Below, piece by piece: positions 10,501-17,986 of a stretch of 64,000 nt of DNA. Position 1 is the first letter of the stretch, and every line of letters starts with the position of its first letter. The position numbers and the translations under genes are program-made. Source of the stretch: Bythopirellula sp. (lineage in GTDB: Bacteria > Planctomycetota > Planctomycetia > Pirellulales > Lacipirellulaceae); assembly GCA_965216565.1 (NCBI GenBank), contig OZ244170.1:3520001-3584000 (forward strand), in the 5' to 3' direction. Below the pieces are notes generated by a model. That model was not told the DNA's origin. It searched no databases and was given only the letters and a program-made list of their open reading frames with translations.

Positions 10501-11114
10501 ACATTAGGTCCGACCAGTGCCGACAGATCGAGATTGGCAAGAGTCCAGTTGCGCTTGGTTGCCACGTCATGACCGTGGACCGTGCCGCCGACGACTTCAA
10601 TTTCCATCGAGGGTGTGGACGAGGCATCTACAGTCGCTTGCTCCGACTCTGAAGATTGCCCGCCGGAAAACTGCGTCAGCATGTCTTCTAAATTGCTGCC
10701 TTGGGGGTGCGTGACGAGCGTTGCCGTCGGTTGATGAATAATGATCTTTCCCAGATCAGATTGATTGGTCACGAGCGCTAGCAGCGAGCGATTTAGGGAG
10801 ATGCGCTCCACTGTAGCAAGCGGAGTTCCCTCGGCATCGACAATTCTCAAGTTGCCGAGAGTTTGCGACCCCATCCATGCGAAGCTGGCATCTCCGGAGG
10901 TCACCGACCACGACGGATCGGGCATCGCCCAACCCAGCAGGGTGTCCCGCACCGGGGTTTGCGAAACGATCGTCGGCAAGGCGGCGGCAACAGCCAACAG
11001 CAAGATCGTGAGCACCATGAACCGACGAAAGAATTTTCCCTTCCGGCGGCGGGGTCGTCTGCTGGTTTCGGGTTCGTCGTATTCCTCGCGATTGCGTTTG
11101 CGCTTCCTGGCCAT
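7590..11114 (-). CDS. AsmA/TamB-like envelope-spanning protein
   Basis: Basic N-terminus with a single TM, a long beta-strand-rich body, and an AsmA-like C-terminus (NGSVGFDQTLAMELDVP...IPITGTFDNPRLD, then an amphipathic helix). Confidence 0.7.
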   Translation of the reverse strand: MARKRKRNREEYDEPETSRRPRRRKGKFFRRFMVLTILLLAVAAALPTIVSQTPVRDTLLGWAMPDPSWSVTSGDASFAWMGSQTLGNLRIVDAEGTPLATVERISLNRSLLALVTNQSDLGKIIIHQPTATLVTHPQGSNLEDMLTQFSGGQSSESEQATVDASSTPSMEIEVVGGTVHGHDVATKRNWTLANLDLSALVGPNVPGGVATTCTGELTVDDQPQVGRLNLRMQQSSPNETEVNLLTEDLPLEPLQPWLARVLPGAWLNGRASTDAQVTIGTDDQGQTSLSSTGRLEGSQISLQADAIAGDRIQFQTLNAPWELSLQNDEIHFQRLNIVSDWAQVNLQGTFNLADLGTLDLQHLPRSPNGLAGKVQLQTLAAMLPNTLQLRQGVWIDSGDLEFQAGTNSADEGFAWTLAATISNVVGNDGRRAIRWTEPIEAKMALADSSGGPQLKNVSLVSPFAEANLESTRERVDGSFQFDLQKLSDELAKFVDLDDWHFQGRGEGTLEFVPTKDDQFRAGAELKLTELNVAKSNNLVWAEPQLKVTLNAGGTAVDSQPRQLSSFTAELRGARDRFDAELLQPISLEAASPTLNLSVEAAGPLASWAGRLRPWVDAMPEQLEGEAQLQAKLISAPGYVQVVESSGRLTNLQLRKEAMQIVEPRVEFAGDFRWDQEAGNLASREATFQSSTVTFRSADILLKLAEGTVPTARGGMAFRADLERLSSALGLIGGRDASWARGNAVGRMKLSSDGSLVKANISTDVDQLAIVRAGGTGAAGVQPQIAWSEPKLQTVVDLNYNVNADRMAVDKISLTGQTLRVDGTAKVEKLTSDGLVQASGALQYDSEALAQLLATYLGPEVQLQGDRQVRFQVAGQLADGSGQSQDWSKMWSASAEAGWNTADIFGLEVGGGKLQGTLRDGQLQIAPLDVAVGQGRLTAKPVAYLSPGAEQIVLPRGPLISNVSISPEVSEAMLKYVAPILAGATRAQGQFSLDLENTQVPLAVPEQARVTGKLEVHQLRVTPGPMLNDLASLISQLESLTQSDRLLQSATTPSEVKLLSMTDQQIQFQVAQGRVYHRDLQFTIDDVPVRSNGSVGFDQTLAMELDVPIQRKWLGDKRAFQSLAGQVLKIPITGTFDNPRLDSSAVANLSQQLLQGAASQVIGDELNRAFDKLFK

Positions 11115-11159
11115 CTTGCTACTTCCCTGGTCAAGCTAAAGTTGAGAATCAACGACCCC

Positions 11160-11237
11160 TGAGCCGACGGCGCTAGCCGCGGGTACCCGAGATCAGGCTT
11201 TGCCCTGATGCTACCCGCGGCTAGCGCCGTCGGCTCA
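11160..11237. repeat. REP-like palindrome (perfect 26-bp inverted repeat)
   Basis: tgagccgacggcgctagccgcgggta (11160-11185) and tacccgcggctagcgccgtcggctca (11212-11237). Confidence 0.9.
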
Positions 11238-11370
11238 TTACATTGAATTAGTCATCCCAGATTCTAAGCTCCCGCGTTCCAGGCACCTAGACCGAGTCGG
11301 ACCCTGGGGATTGCTAGCAATATTGGTTCGCTAAGTGGTACGGAGCCTGCACTGGTTCTACAATCGCACT

Positions 11371-12588
11371 ATGGTCTCCCCGCTCTCCCACTTTCCACCT
11401 CCCCTGGTAGTTCTCTCTGCACTGCTCTGCCAGGTACTCTGTTGGGGGGCATTGCCTCTGGCCGCACAGCAGATTCCACCACCAAAGCGAGTTCGGCTGG
11501 TGTTCCAGCTTCATGCACCCGATTTGCCTAGCGAAACGAAAGTCTATCTCGCCGGGAGCCTCAAAGAACTCGGCAACTGGCAACCCGACCAGGTGTTGAT
11601 GAACGCCTGCGGTAACCATCGCTGGGGGTATTGCCTCGAGGTCGAGCCGACGAAGGCCATCGAATACAAATACACTCTGGGAAGTTGGCAGCGAGAGGGA
11701 GCGGATGCCCAAGGCCAGCCGTTGTCAAACTTTGTGCTCCATGCCGATCAAAATGCGACGGCCCAAGACGAGGTTCTGTTTTGGTCCAAGCCACAACCGC
11801 CAAAGATTGTAGGCCAGATCACCGGAGAGCTGCGCTATCATCGGCAATTGGAGTTCGAAGGCCTTCAGCCGCGCGATTTGATCGTTTGGTTGCCGCCCGG
11901 CTATGAGACATCAGAGCAAAGGTATCCGGTGCTCTACATGCACGATGGTCAAAACTTATTCGATCCTCGCACGAGCGCCTTCCGCGTCGATTGGCAAGTG
12001 GACGAAACTTGTACCGAACTGATCGCCGCCGAAAAAATTCCGCCGCTGATTGTCGTGGGCATTTCCAATACCTCCGACCGAACAAAGGAATACTTGCCGA
12101 GTGAACTGGGCAAGAAGTACCAGCAAATGATCTTGGAAGAGATCAAACCGCTGGTGGACCGCGAGTATCGCACCAAATCCACACGCGAACACACTTTTGT
12201 CGGCGGTTCCTCAGCGGGCGGATTGTGCGCGATGATGCTCGCTTGGGAGCATCCCGAGGTTTTCTCCGGAGCCCTTTGCTTTTCCCCGGCACTTCGAATT
12301 GAAAACAAACATCGCAATATTTCGCTCAACTATGTGCAAACGGTCGAAGATTCGCCCCCACCGAAGCATCCCCTCTTCTTTTATTTCGACAACGGCGGCA
12401 TCGGCCTGGAAGCTACGCTCCAACCAGGTATCGAAGCAATGCTCGAAGCGCTCAGCGACAAAGGCTTCCGCAAGAACGAAGATTTCGTCTGGGTGCTTGA
12501 CAAAGACGCCCGTCATACCGAATCGGCCTGGGCGGATCGATTCCCGGCTGCGGTTCAATCTCTATTTGATCACACTCATAGACATTGA
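11371..12588 (+). CDS. secreted esterase (alpha/beta hydrolase) with N-terminal CBM20-like domain
   Basis: Signal peptide, VYLAGSLKELGNW...IEYKYTLGSW (CBM20-like), RYPVLYMHDGQNLF, GSSAGG nucleophile and HTESAW. Confidence 0.85.
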   Translation: MVSPLSHFPPPLVVLSALLCQVLCWGALPLAAQQIPPPKRVRLVFQLHAPDLPSETKVYLAGSLKELGNWQPDQVLMNACGNHRWGYCLEVEPTKAIEYKYTLGSWQREGADAQGQPLSNFVLHADQNATAQDEVLFWSKPQPPKIVGQITGELRYHRQLEFEGLQPRDLIVWLPPGYETSEQRYPVLYMHDGQNLFDPRTSAFRVDWQVDETCTELIAAEKIPPLIVVGISNTSDRTKEYLPSELGKKYQQMILEEIKPLVDREYRTKSTREHTFVGGSSAGGLCAMMLAWEHPEVFSGALCFSPALRIENKHRNISLNYVQTVEDSPPPKHPLFFYFDNGGIGLEATLQPGIEAMLEALSDKGFRKNEDFVWVLDKDARHTESAWADRFPAAVQSLFDHTHRH

Positions 12589-12608
12589 TCACGCCCATAG
12601 ACAATAAA

Positions 12609-12726
12609 TGTCATTCCGAGGTCCGCCGAGGAATCTTCGTCGCCCTAAGGGTGCTAGATCATTTCTACAGTTCCTAGAGCGTGTGTCTGAGATTAGCTAG
12701 ATTCCTCGGCGGACCTCGGAAAGACA
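12609..12726. repeat. palindromic element with GTCATTCC ends (28-bp arms, 1 mismatch)
   Basis: tgtcattccgaggtccgccgaggaatct (12609-12636) and agattcctcggcggacctcggaaagaca (12699-12726). Confidence 0.88.
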
Positions 12727-12857
12727 AATTGCTTCGTGCCCGATTTCGTAAAACGCGTTGTTAGCGCACCGCTTGTCAGTGGGGCAAAATCTGAGAAAAT
12801 GCGTTTTCGCAACTTCAACTCTACGTAGCTTTCTGCCAAGCAAAAGGAACCTCAGCC

Positions 12858-13856
12858 ATGTCGCGTCCCGTTACCCTCTTCACTGGCCAGTGGGCCGACC
12901 TCTCCTTGGACGACTTGGCACGCAAAGCCCAAGAGTTTGGCTATGACGGCTTGGAGCTCGCCTGTTGGGGAGATCATTTTGAAGTCGATCAGGCGATGGC
13001 CGACGAGGGCTACGCCAATTCACGACGTGAACTATTGGGGCGTTACGATCTGGAGTGCCATGCGATTAGCGCGCACTTGGTCGGCCAGGCGGTATGCGAT
13101 CCGATCGATTCCCGTCACCAATCGATCTTGCCCGACTACATCTGGGGCGATGGCGATCCCCAGGGCGTCAACGAGCGGGCCGCCGAGGAACTCAAGAACA
13201 CGGCCCGTGCCGCACAGCAAATGGGGGTCGAAGTAGTGAACGGCTTCACCGGCTCGGGCATTTGGCATTTGCTCTATTCCTTCCCGCCTGTGCCAGAAGA
13301 AACAATCGAACAGGGCTTCGCCGATTTTGCGGATGCATGGAATCCTATTCTCGATGTCTTTGGCGAGTGCGGAATCCGCTTCGCCTTGGAAGTGCATCCT
13401 ACCGAAATCGCCTTCGACATTTATACCGCCGAACGTGCCCTGGAGGCCCTGGGGCATCGCGATGAGTTTGGCTTCAACTTCGACCCCAGCCATCTGATTT
13501 GGCAAGGAGTCGATCCCGTGGAATTCATCCGCGCCTTCCCCGACCGCATTTATCACGTCCATGTGAAAGATGCGATTGTAACCCTCAACGGCAAGTCGGG
13601 TATCTTGGCCAGCCATCTCAATTTTGGTGATTCGCGACGTGGTTGGGATTTTCGTTCGCCGGGACGTGGTGGCGTGAATTTCGAAGAAATGATTCGCGCC
13701 CTCAATGACGTCGGTTATGCAGGCCCCTTGAGTGTCGAGTGGGAAGATGCCCGCATGGATCGCGAACATGGTGCCCGCGAGGCCTGCGAATTCACCCGTC
13801 GGCTCGATTTCACTCCGGCCAACGTGGCATTCGACGCCGCCTTCTCCGAGGGTTAG
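12858..13856 (+). CDS. sugar phosphate isomerase/epimerase (xylose isomerase-like TIM barrel)
   Basis: GYDGLEL, FALEVHP, NFDPSH, HVHVKD and LSVEWED metal-binding motifs; RBS aagga upstream. Confidence 0.9.
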   Translation: MSRPVTLFTGQWADLSLDDLARKAQEFGYDGLELACWGDHFEVDQAMADEGYANSRRELLGRYDLECHAISAHLVGQAVCDPIDSRHQSILPDYIWGDGDPQGVNERAAEELKNTARAAQQMGVEVVNGFTGSGIWHLLYSFPPVPEETIEQGFADFADAWNPILDVFGECGIRFALEVHPTEIAFDIYTAERALEALGHRDEFGFNFDPSHLIWQGVDPVEFIRAFPDRIYHVHVKDAIVTLNGKSGILASHLNFGDSRRGWDFRSPGRGGVNFEEMIRALNDVGYAGPLSVEWEDARMDREHGAREACEFTRRLDFTPANVAFDAAFSEG

Positions 13857-13943
13857 CGCTGTCGGCCAACGACACTCCGCCCACAACACGCCCCCGCAGC
13901 TCAACAGCACCTTAAAAGCCCCAAAAAACCGGGCCGTGCTACA

Positions 13944-15281
13944 ATGAAGTGTCCACCCCTTCATCACACCGGCCGGACCCACCCTGTGCGTTCACCACTC
14001 ATTATTGCGCTGCTTCTCTCCGTTGCATTCACTGGAAATGCAAAAGGCCAAAGCCTCAAGCACGGTGAGTTGCTGTTTGTCGCGCCAGACGTCTACTCTC
14101 CATCATCCCAGGATGAAGTGGAATTGAATTCGGCGCAGGCGGACGAACTCTTTGAACAATCCCGCCAGGCAGCCGGCGCGGGAGAGATCGGCACGGCGCT
14201 GCAATTAGCAACGCGAGCGGTCCGCGCCGATCCCAATCACTCCGATGCCCGCCGTGTGCTCGGCTATCGCCGCGTCGCCGGCACGTGGGCGGGCAGCTTC
14301 GCGGCACGCCGATTGGAACGCGGCGAAGTGTGGAACCAGCAATTCGGCTGGGTTAAAGCCGAAGACTTGCCGCGCTGGAAAGCTGGCGAGCGAAAGGTAG
14401 GCAAGCGCTGGATGAGTAGCGACGAAGACCAGCGAAAACATGCCGACATCCGCAGGGGCTGGCAAGTACGGACCGATCACTTCCTGGTCACCACCAACCA
14501 CAGTCGGCAAGCCGCCGCCAAGTTGGCCACGCAACTGGAAGTTCTCCACCAAATTTGGCAACAGATGTTCGGCGGATTTTCTCTGGACCAAAAAGTATTG
14601 CTCCGTCGATTCGAAGGACAGGCCACCAGTGGCTATCGCAGCAAACCGTTCCGCGTGACGTATTACAAATCGCGCGAAGAGTACAACGACGCCTTAGTCC
14701 GCAAGCAACCTCGTATTGGCATGACGCTGGGAATCTACTTCGATTCGGATCGCTCAACACATTTCTTTGCTGGCGAAGATCAAGATGCAGGGACGATCTA
14801 CCACGAGGCGGTGCATCAACTATTTCAAGAATCTGCCCCTGCCGCTCGCAGCGTGGGAGCGCTCGCCAACGCCTGGCTGGTGGAGGGAATCGCCTGCTAT
14901 TTCGAATCGCTGAGTAAACACGACGATCCCGAAATAGGTCCTTTCTACTCTTTGGGGACCCCAACGGCGGGACGACTACCCGCAGCTCGGCATCGTCGAC
15001 TGACTGACGATTACTATGTTCCTCTGGCCGAACTTTGCTCGCTCGGCACGTCCGACTTGCAACGCCGTTCCGACATCGCACGGCTCTATAGTCAATCAGC
15101 AGGGCTGGCGACCTTCCTCGTTCATGGCCAGGAGGGTTCGTATCGCCCAGCACTGGTGAAGCTGCTCCAGCTCATTTACCAAGGTCGCGACCAAGCCGAT
15201 TCGCTTGAGCAACTCACCGGCCAAAGCTTTGCGGAACTCGACCGGCAATACCTGGATTTTCTTCGCGAAATACCGCAGTAG
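13944..15281 (+). CDS. DUF1570-domain protein (HExxH)
   Basis: Signal-like N-terminus (possible GTG start at 13986), IYHEAVHQL, WLVEGIACYFE and LYSQSAGLATFL. Confidence 0.75.
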   Translation: MKCPPLHHTGRTHPVRSPLIIALLLSVAFTGNAKGQSLKHGELLFVAPDVYSPSSQDEVELNSAQADELFEQSRQAAGAGEIGTALQLATRAVRADPNHSDARRVLGYRRVAGTWAGSFAARRLERGEVWNQQFGWVKAEDLPRWKAGERKVGKRWMSSDEDQRKHADIRRGWQVRTDHFLVTTNHSRQAAAKLATQLEVLHQIWQQMFGGFSLDQKVLLRRFEGQATSGYRSKPFRVTYYKSREEYNDALVRKQPRIGMTLGIYFDSDRSTHFFAGEDQDAGTIYHEAVHQLFQESAPAARSVGALANAWLVEGIACYFESLSKHDDPEIGPFYSLGTPTAGRLPAARHRRLTDDYYVPLAELCSLGTSDLQRRSDIARLYSQSAGLATFLVHGQEGSYRPALVKLLQLIYQGRDQADSLEQLTGQSFAELDRQYLDFLREIPQ

Positions 15282-15340
15282 TCGAGAACTTCTCACCGTT
15301 GACCGTAGTCCCTAGTAGCAGTACGATCAGGGCTCTTCTG

Positions 15341-15414
15341 GTGGCTGTAGTTCAGTTGGTTAGAACGTCGGATTGTGATTCCGAAGGTCGTGGGTTCGAA
15401 TCCCATCAGCCACC
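15341..15414 (+). tRNA. tRNA-His (GTG)
   Basis: Acceptor stem GTGGCTG/CAGCCAC, anticodon arm TCGGA-TTGTGAT-TCCGA and T-loop GTTCGAATC. G-1 is encoded at 15340 with a C discriminator; CCA is not encoded. Confidence 0.97.
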
Positions 15415-15622
15415 CTCTCTGATTCGCGGGAAAATCGCTCGTACCTAGCGTAAATCTATTCGGACCTGCGATCCTTGCCTTCCACATAGCAGGCTTACTC
15501 CGATTAAAAGATGATCTGTTCAGGTTTAAGGCTGCCTGACTCGTCATTTCTCGATGCCATAGTCCCGTGGGCGAATTATTATAGAATACTGGCCCTTCTT
15601 CCATTGGCACTTCGAGAACAGC

Positions 15623-16927
15623 ATGCTCCACCACCTACTGGCTGCGAAAAAATTTGCAGTGGCCCGTTTCGGGTGGTTGTTCGACGTGCCATCGAGTGTC
15701 GAGCGCTACGATTATCGAATGTATCTATCGATGATCATTGCCAACTACATCGCTCTGCTACTGCATCTCTCTTGGGTGTTTATTTTCTACGCGCTCGACT
15801 TCATGCCGTTAAGCATTATTAATGTCGTGAGCGTGATCTTTTGGATATTTAGCATCAAGATGCTCCGCGGCTGGGGCGCTATGCTCACTGCCGTAGTGCT
15901 CGGCTCTACTGAGGTGCTGATCCACCAGTTTCTGGCCGTGTACTACTTAGGTTGGGGTTATGGATTCCAGTTCTATCTACTGGTAATCGTTGCCTTCACT
16001 TTCTTAATGAATTTTAAGAAAGTGATGTACATTCCGGTGACGCTCTTTTTTGTTTGCTTAACCTCCTTTCTCGGTTTCTATTACCAAGTGCAATATTGGA
16101 ATATGCCACACGTTGACTTAGGCGACACAGTCCGCGAAACCTTCTTGATGATCAACGTCTCTAGTGCGTTCGCGATTCTCGCAATCATGTCGTATGTCTA
16201 CAGCGACGCGGCCCAAAAGGCCGAGGCGATGCTGGACCTGGAGCGGATCAAATCGGAAACGCTACTGCTCAATATTTTGCCGGTGCCCATCGCCCAGCGG
16301 CTGAAGGAAGGCCATTGCGAAATTGCCGACCACTTCGACTCGGCCACGGTGTTGTTCTCCGATATCGTCGGCTTCACGGCTCTTTCGGAGAAAGTGGCGC
16401 CGAAGGAACTCGTGAGACGTCTTAACAAAATTTTCTGCGCATTCGACGTCCTGGCAGAAAAACACAATTTGGAAAAAATCAAAACCATCGGCGATGCCTA
16501 CATGGTGGCGGGGGGATTCCCGGAAGCTCGCGACGGGCACGTGAGAGACGTCTGCGCCATGGCACTCGATATGCTGGACGCCGTGCAGGAGTGCAATCAA
16601 GACGACGAGTTACCCGTCGACATCCGCATTGGCATTCACACAGGCCCAGCGGTAGCGGGTGTGATTGGCACTAAGAAGTTCGCCTACGACGTCTGGGGCG
16701 ATACGGTCAACACAGCCAGCCGCATGGAATCGAGTGGCGAAACAGGCCGCATTCAAATCTCGGAGCAAGTGGCTACCATGCTAGACATTACCTTCGAAGG
16801 AGAATTCGAAATCGAAGAGCGCGGTACCGTAGAGGTCAAAGGCAAAGGTCGGATGAAAACCTACTGGCTCCTGAGCCGTTGCGAAGAAGCACTGCCGACC
16901 AGGGAGTGCCAGGCATCTGCGCTGTGA
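15623..16927 (+). CDS. membrane-bound class III adenylate cyclase
   Basis: About 6 N-terminal TM helices, LLLNILP linker, VLFSDIVGFT, EKIKTIGDAYM and YDVWGDTVNTASRME (Lys/Asp ATP-specifying residues). Confidence 0.92.
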   Translation: MLHHLLAAKKFAVARFGWLFDVPSSVERYDYRMYLSMIIANYIALLLHLSWVFIFYALDFMPLSIINVVSVIFWIFSIKMLRGWGAMLTAVVLGSTEVLIHQFLAVYYLGWGYGFQFYLLVIVAFTFLMNFKKVMYIPVTLFFVCLTSFLGFYYQVQYWNMPHVDLGDTVRETFLMINVSSAFAILAIMSYVYSDAAQKAEAMLDLERIKSETLLLNILPVPIAQRLKEGHCEIADHFDSATVLFSDIVGFTALSEKVAPKELVRRLNKIFCAFDVLAEKHNLEKIKTIGDAYMVAGGFPEARDGHVRDVCAMALDMLDAVQECNQDDELPVDIRIGIHTGPAVAGVIGTKKFAYDVWGDTVNTASRMESSGETGRIQISEQVATMLDITFEGEFEIEERGTVEVKGKGRMKTYWLLSRCEEALPTRECQASAL

Positions 16928-16974
16928 ACTGTGCATTTTAATTGAGCGGATTTCGCTTCTCTCATTAGAATCAA

Positions 16975-17352
16975 ATGGAACTCATACTCTGGCTCATCAA
17001 TGAATTGCAGGTCACTCGCAAACAAGCCGAGGGCGCTGCCGGTGCCCTGTTGCAATTGGCCCAAACGCGGCTGCCGGGGGAGAAGTTCGTGACGGTCGCC
17101 GATACGATTCCCGCCATTTCCGATGTCATCGGCAAGTCGCCTCGGTTCGAAGTGACTGAAAAACCACGTCTGGACGAGTCGGTAAGCCGTGTCTTTGGCG
17201 GCTTAGGGGGATTACGCCCCCTGGCCGGCCCCTTCGCAAAACTTGGACTCGAGAAAACCTCGATCCGGCCGTTTGCCGAAGCACTCAATCGGTACCTGGA
17301 CGAACGAGGAAACGCCGCCGCGGTGCACCTCCTGCAGCAAGTCTGGAGGTAG
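16975..17352 (+). CDS. DUF2780-like small protein
   Basis: LQVTRKQAEGAAGALLQLAQ...F..VA..IP...F.KLGL pattern resembles DUF2780 as recalled. Confidence 0.55.
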   Translation: MELILWLINELQVTRKQAEGAAGALLQLAQTRLPGEKFVTVADTIPAISDVIGKSPRFEVTEKPRLDESVSRVFGGLGGLRPLAGPFAKLGLEKTSIRPFAEALNRYLDERGNAAAVHLLQQVWR

Positions 17353-17357
17353 ACTTT

Positions 17358-17615
17358 TTATAGCCCTATCAACCGGTCATATTCCGAGTGATGGCCGATC
17401 CAAATCCAAACAAGATCTACACCATCTTCAACTGCAAGTGCTCGAAAATGTAGACCAACTCGCGCCGATCTAAATCGACCCACTTTCTTGAATTGCAGCG
17501 AAGGGTGATTCAAATCTGACTTTAAAAGCGAAAAATTCTTGTCGGCCAATCGCTTAATAGAAGCAGGTAAATCAGAATAGCACTTCCAAAAATTCGATGA
17601 GGCGAAGTGCTTCAT
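17358..17615 (-). CDS. RelE/ParE-superfamily toxin
   Basis: 85 aa with FWKCY..LP, HPSLQFKKV, SARVGLHFRAL and WIGHHSEYD. Overlaps the upstream gene by ATGA. Confidence 0.85.
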   Translation of the reverse strand: MKHFASSNFWKCYSDLPASIKRLADKNFSLLKSDLNHPSLQFKKVGRFRSARVGLHFRALAVEDGVDLVWIWIGHHSEYDRLIGL

Positions 17616-17809
17616 AGCTCGGTGGTCTTACCCTCACGATGCTCATGTAGTGCTTGATCAGCTAGGGCATCAAGTTTGCCATCGGCCACATCCTTCTCAA
17701 GCTGTCGGTCCCACGCATCAGCGTCAAAACCTGCAAACCAAGCGCGGAACCTCTCAAGTTCATTGGCAGAAAGCCCTGCAACAGCGTTTTCTAATTCATC
17801 GAGACTCAT
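17612..17809 (-). CDS. putative antitoxin
   Basis: 65-aa acidic protein (MSLDELENAV...WDRQLEKDVADGKLDALADQAL) translationally coupled upstream of the toxin. Confidence 0.8.
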   Translation of the reverse strand: MSLDELENAVAGLSANELERFRAWFAGFDADAWDRQLEKDVADGKLDALADQALHEHREGKTTEL

Positions 17810-17986
17810 AGTGATTTTCATCATAGAACACCTTTGGTAGACGGTCAAACTTGATTTGAATTACTAATTATATATTCCTGGTACCAGCTACCCGTTGCGA
17901 CGCCTTTCCTACTCTGAGTAGAATCGAGAAACCACAATCTCCTCCGCTCCTCTACCCAAGCCACTCCTCTACTAAAAAAACGTCGC

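Noticed and set aside
13032..13982. 316-aa minus-strand ORF
   Set aside because: Antisense to the motif-complete sugar phosphate isomerase gene.
15623..16927. Pycsar/CBASS-type defence cyclase
   Set aside because: It has purine (ATP)-specifying residues and a TM sensor architecture, with no adjacent cyclic-nucleotide-binding effector.
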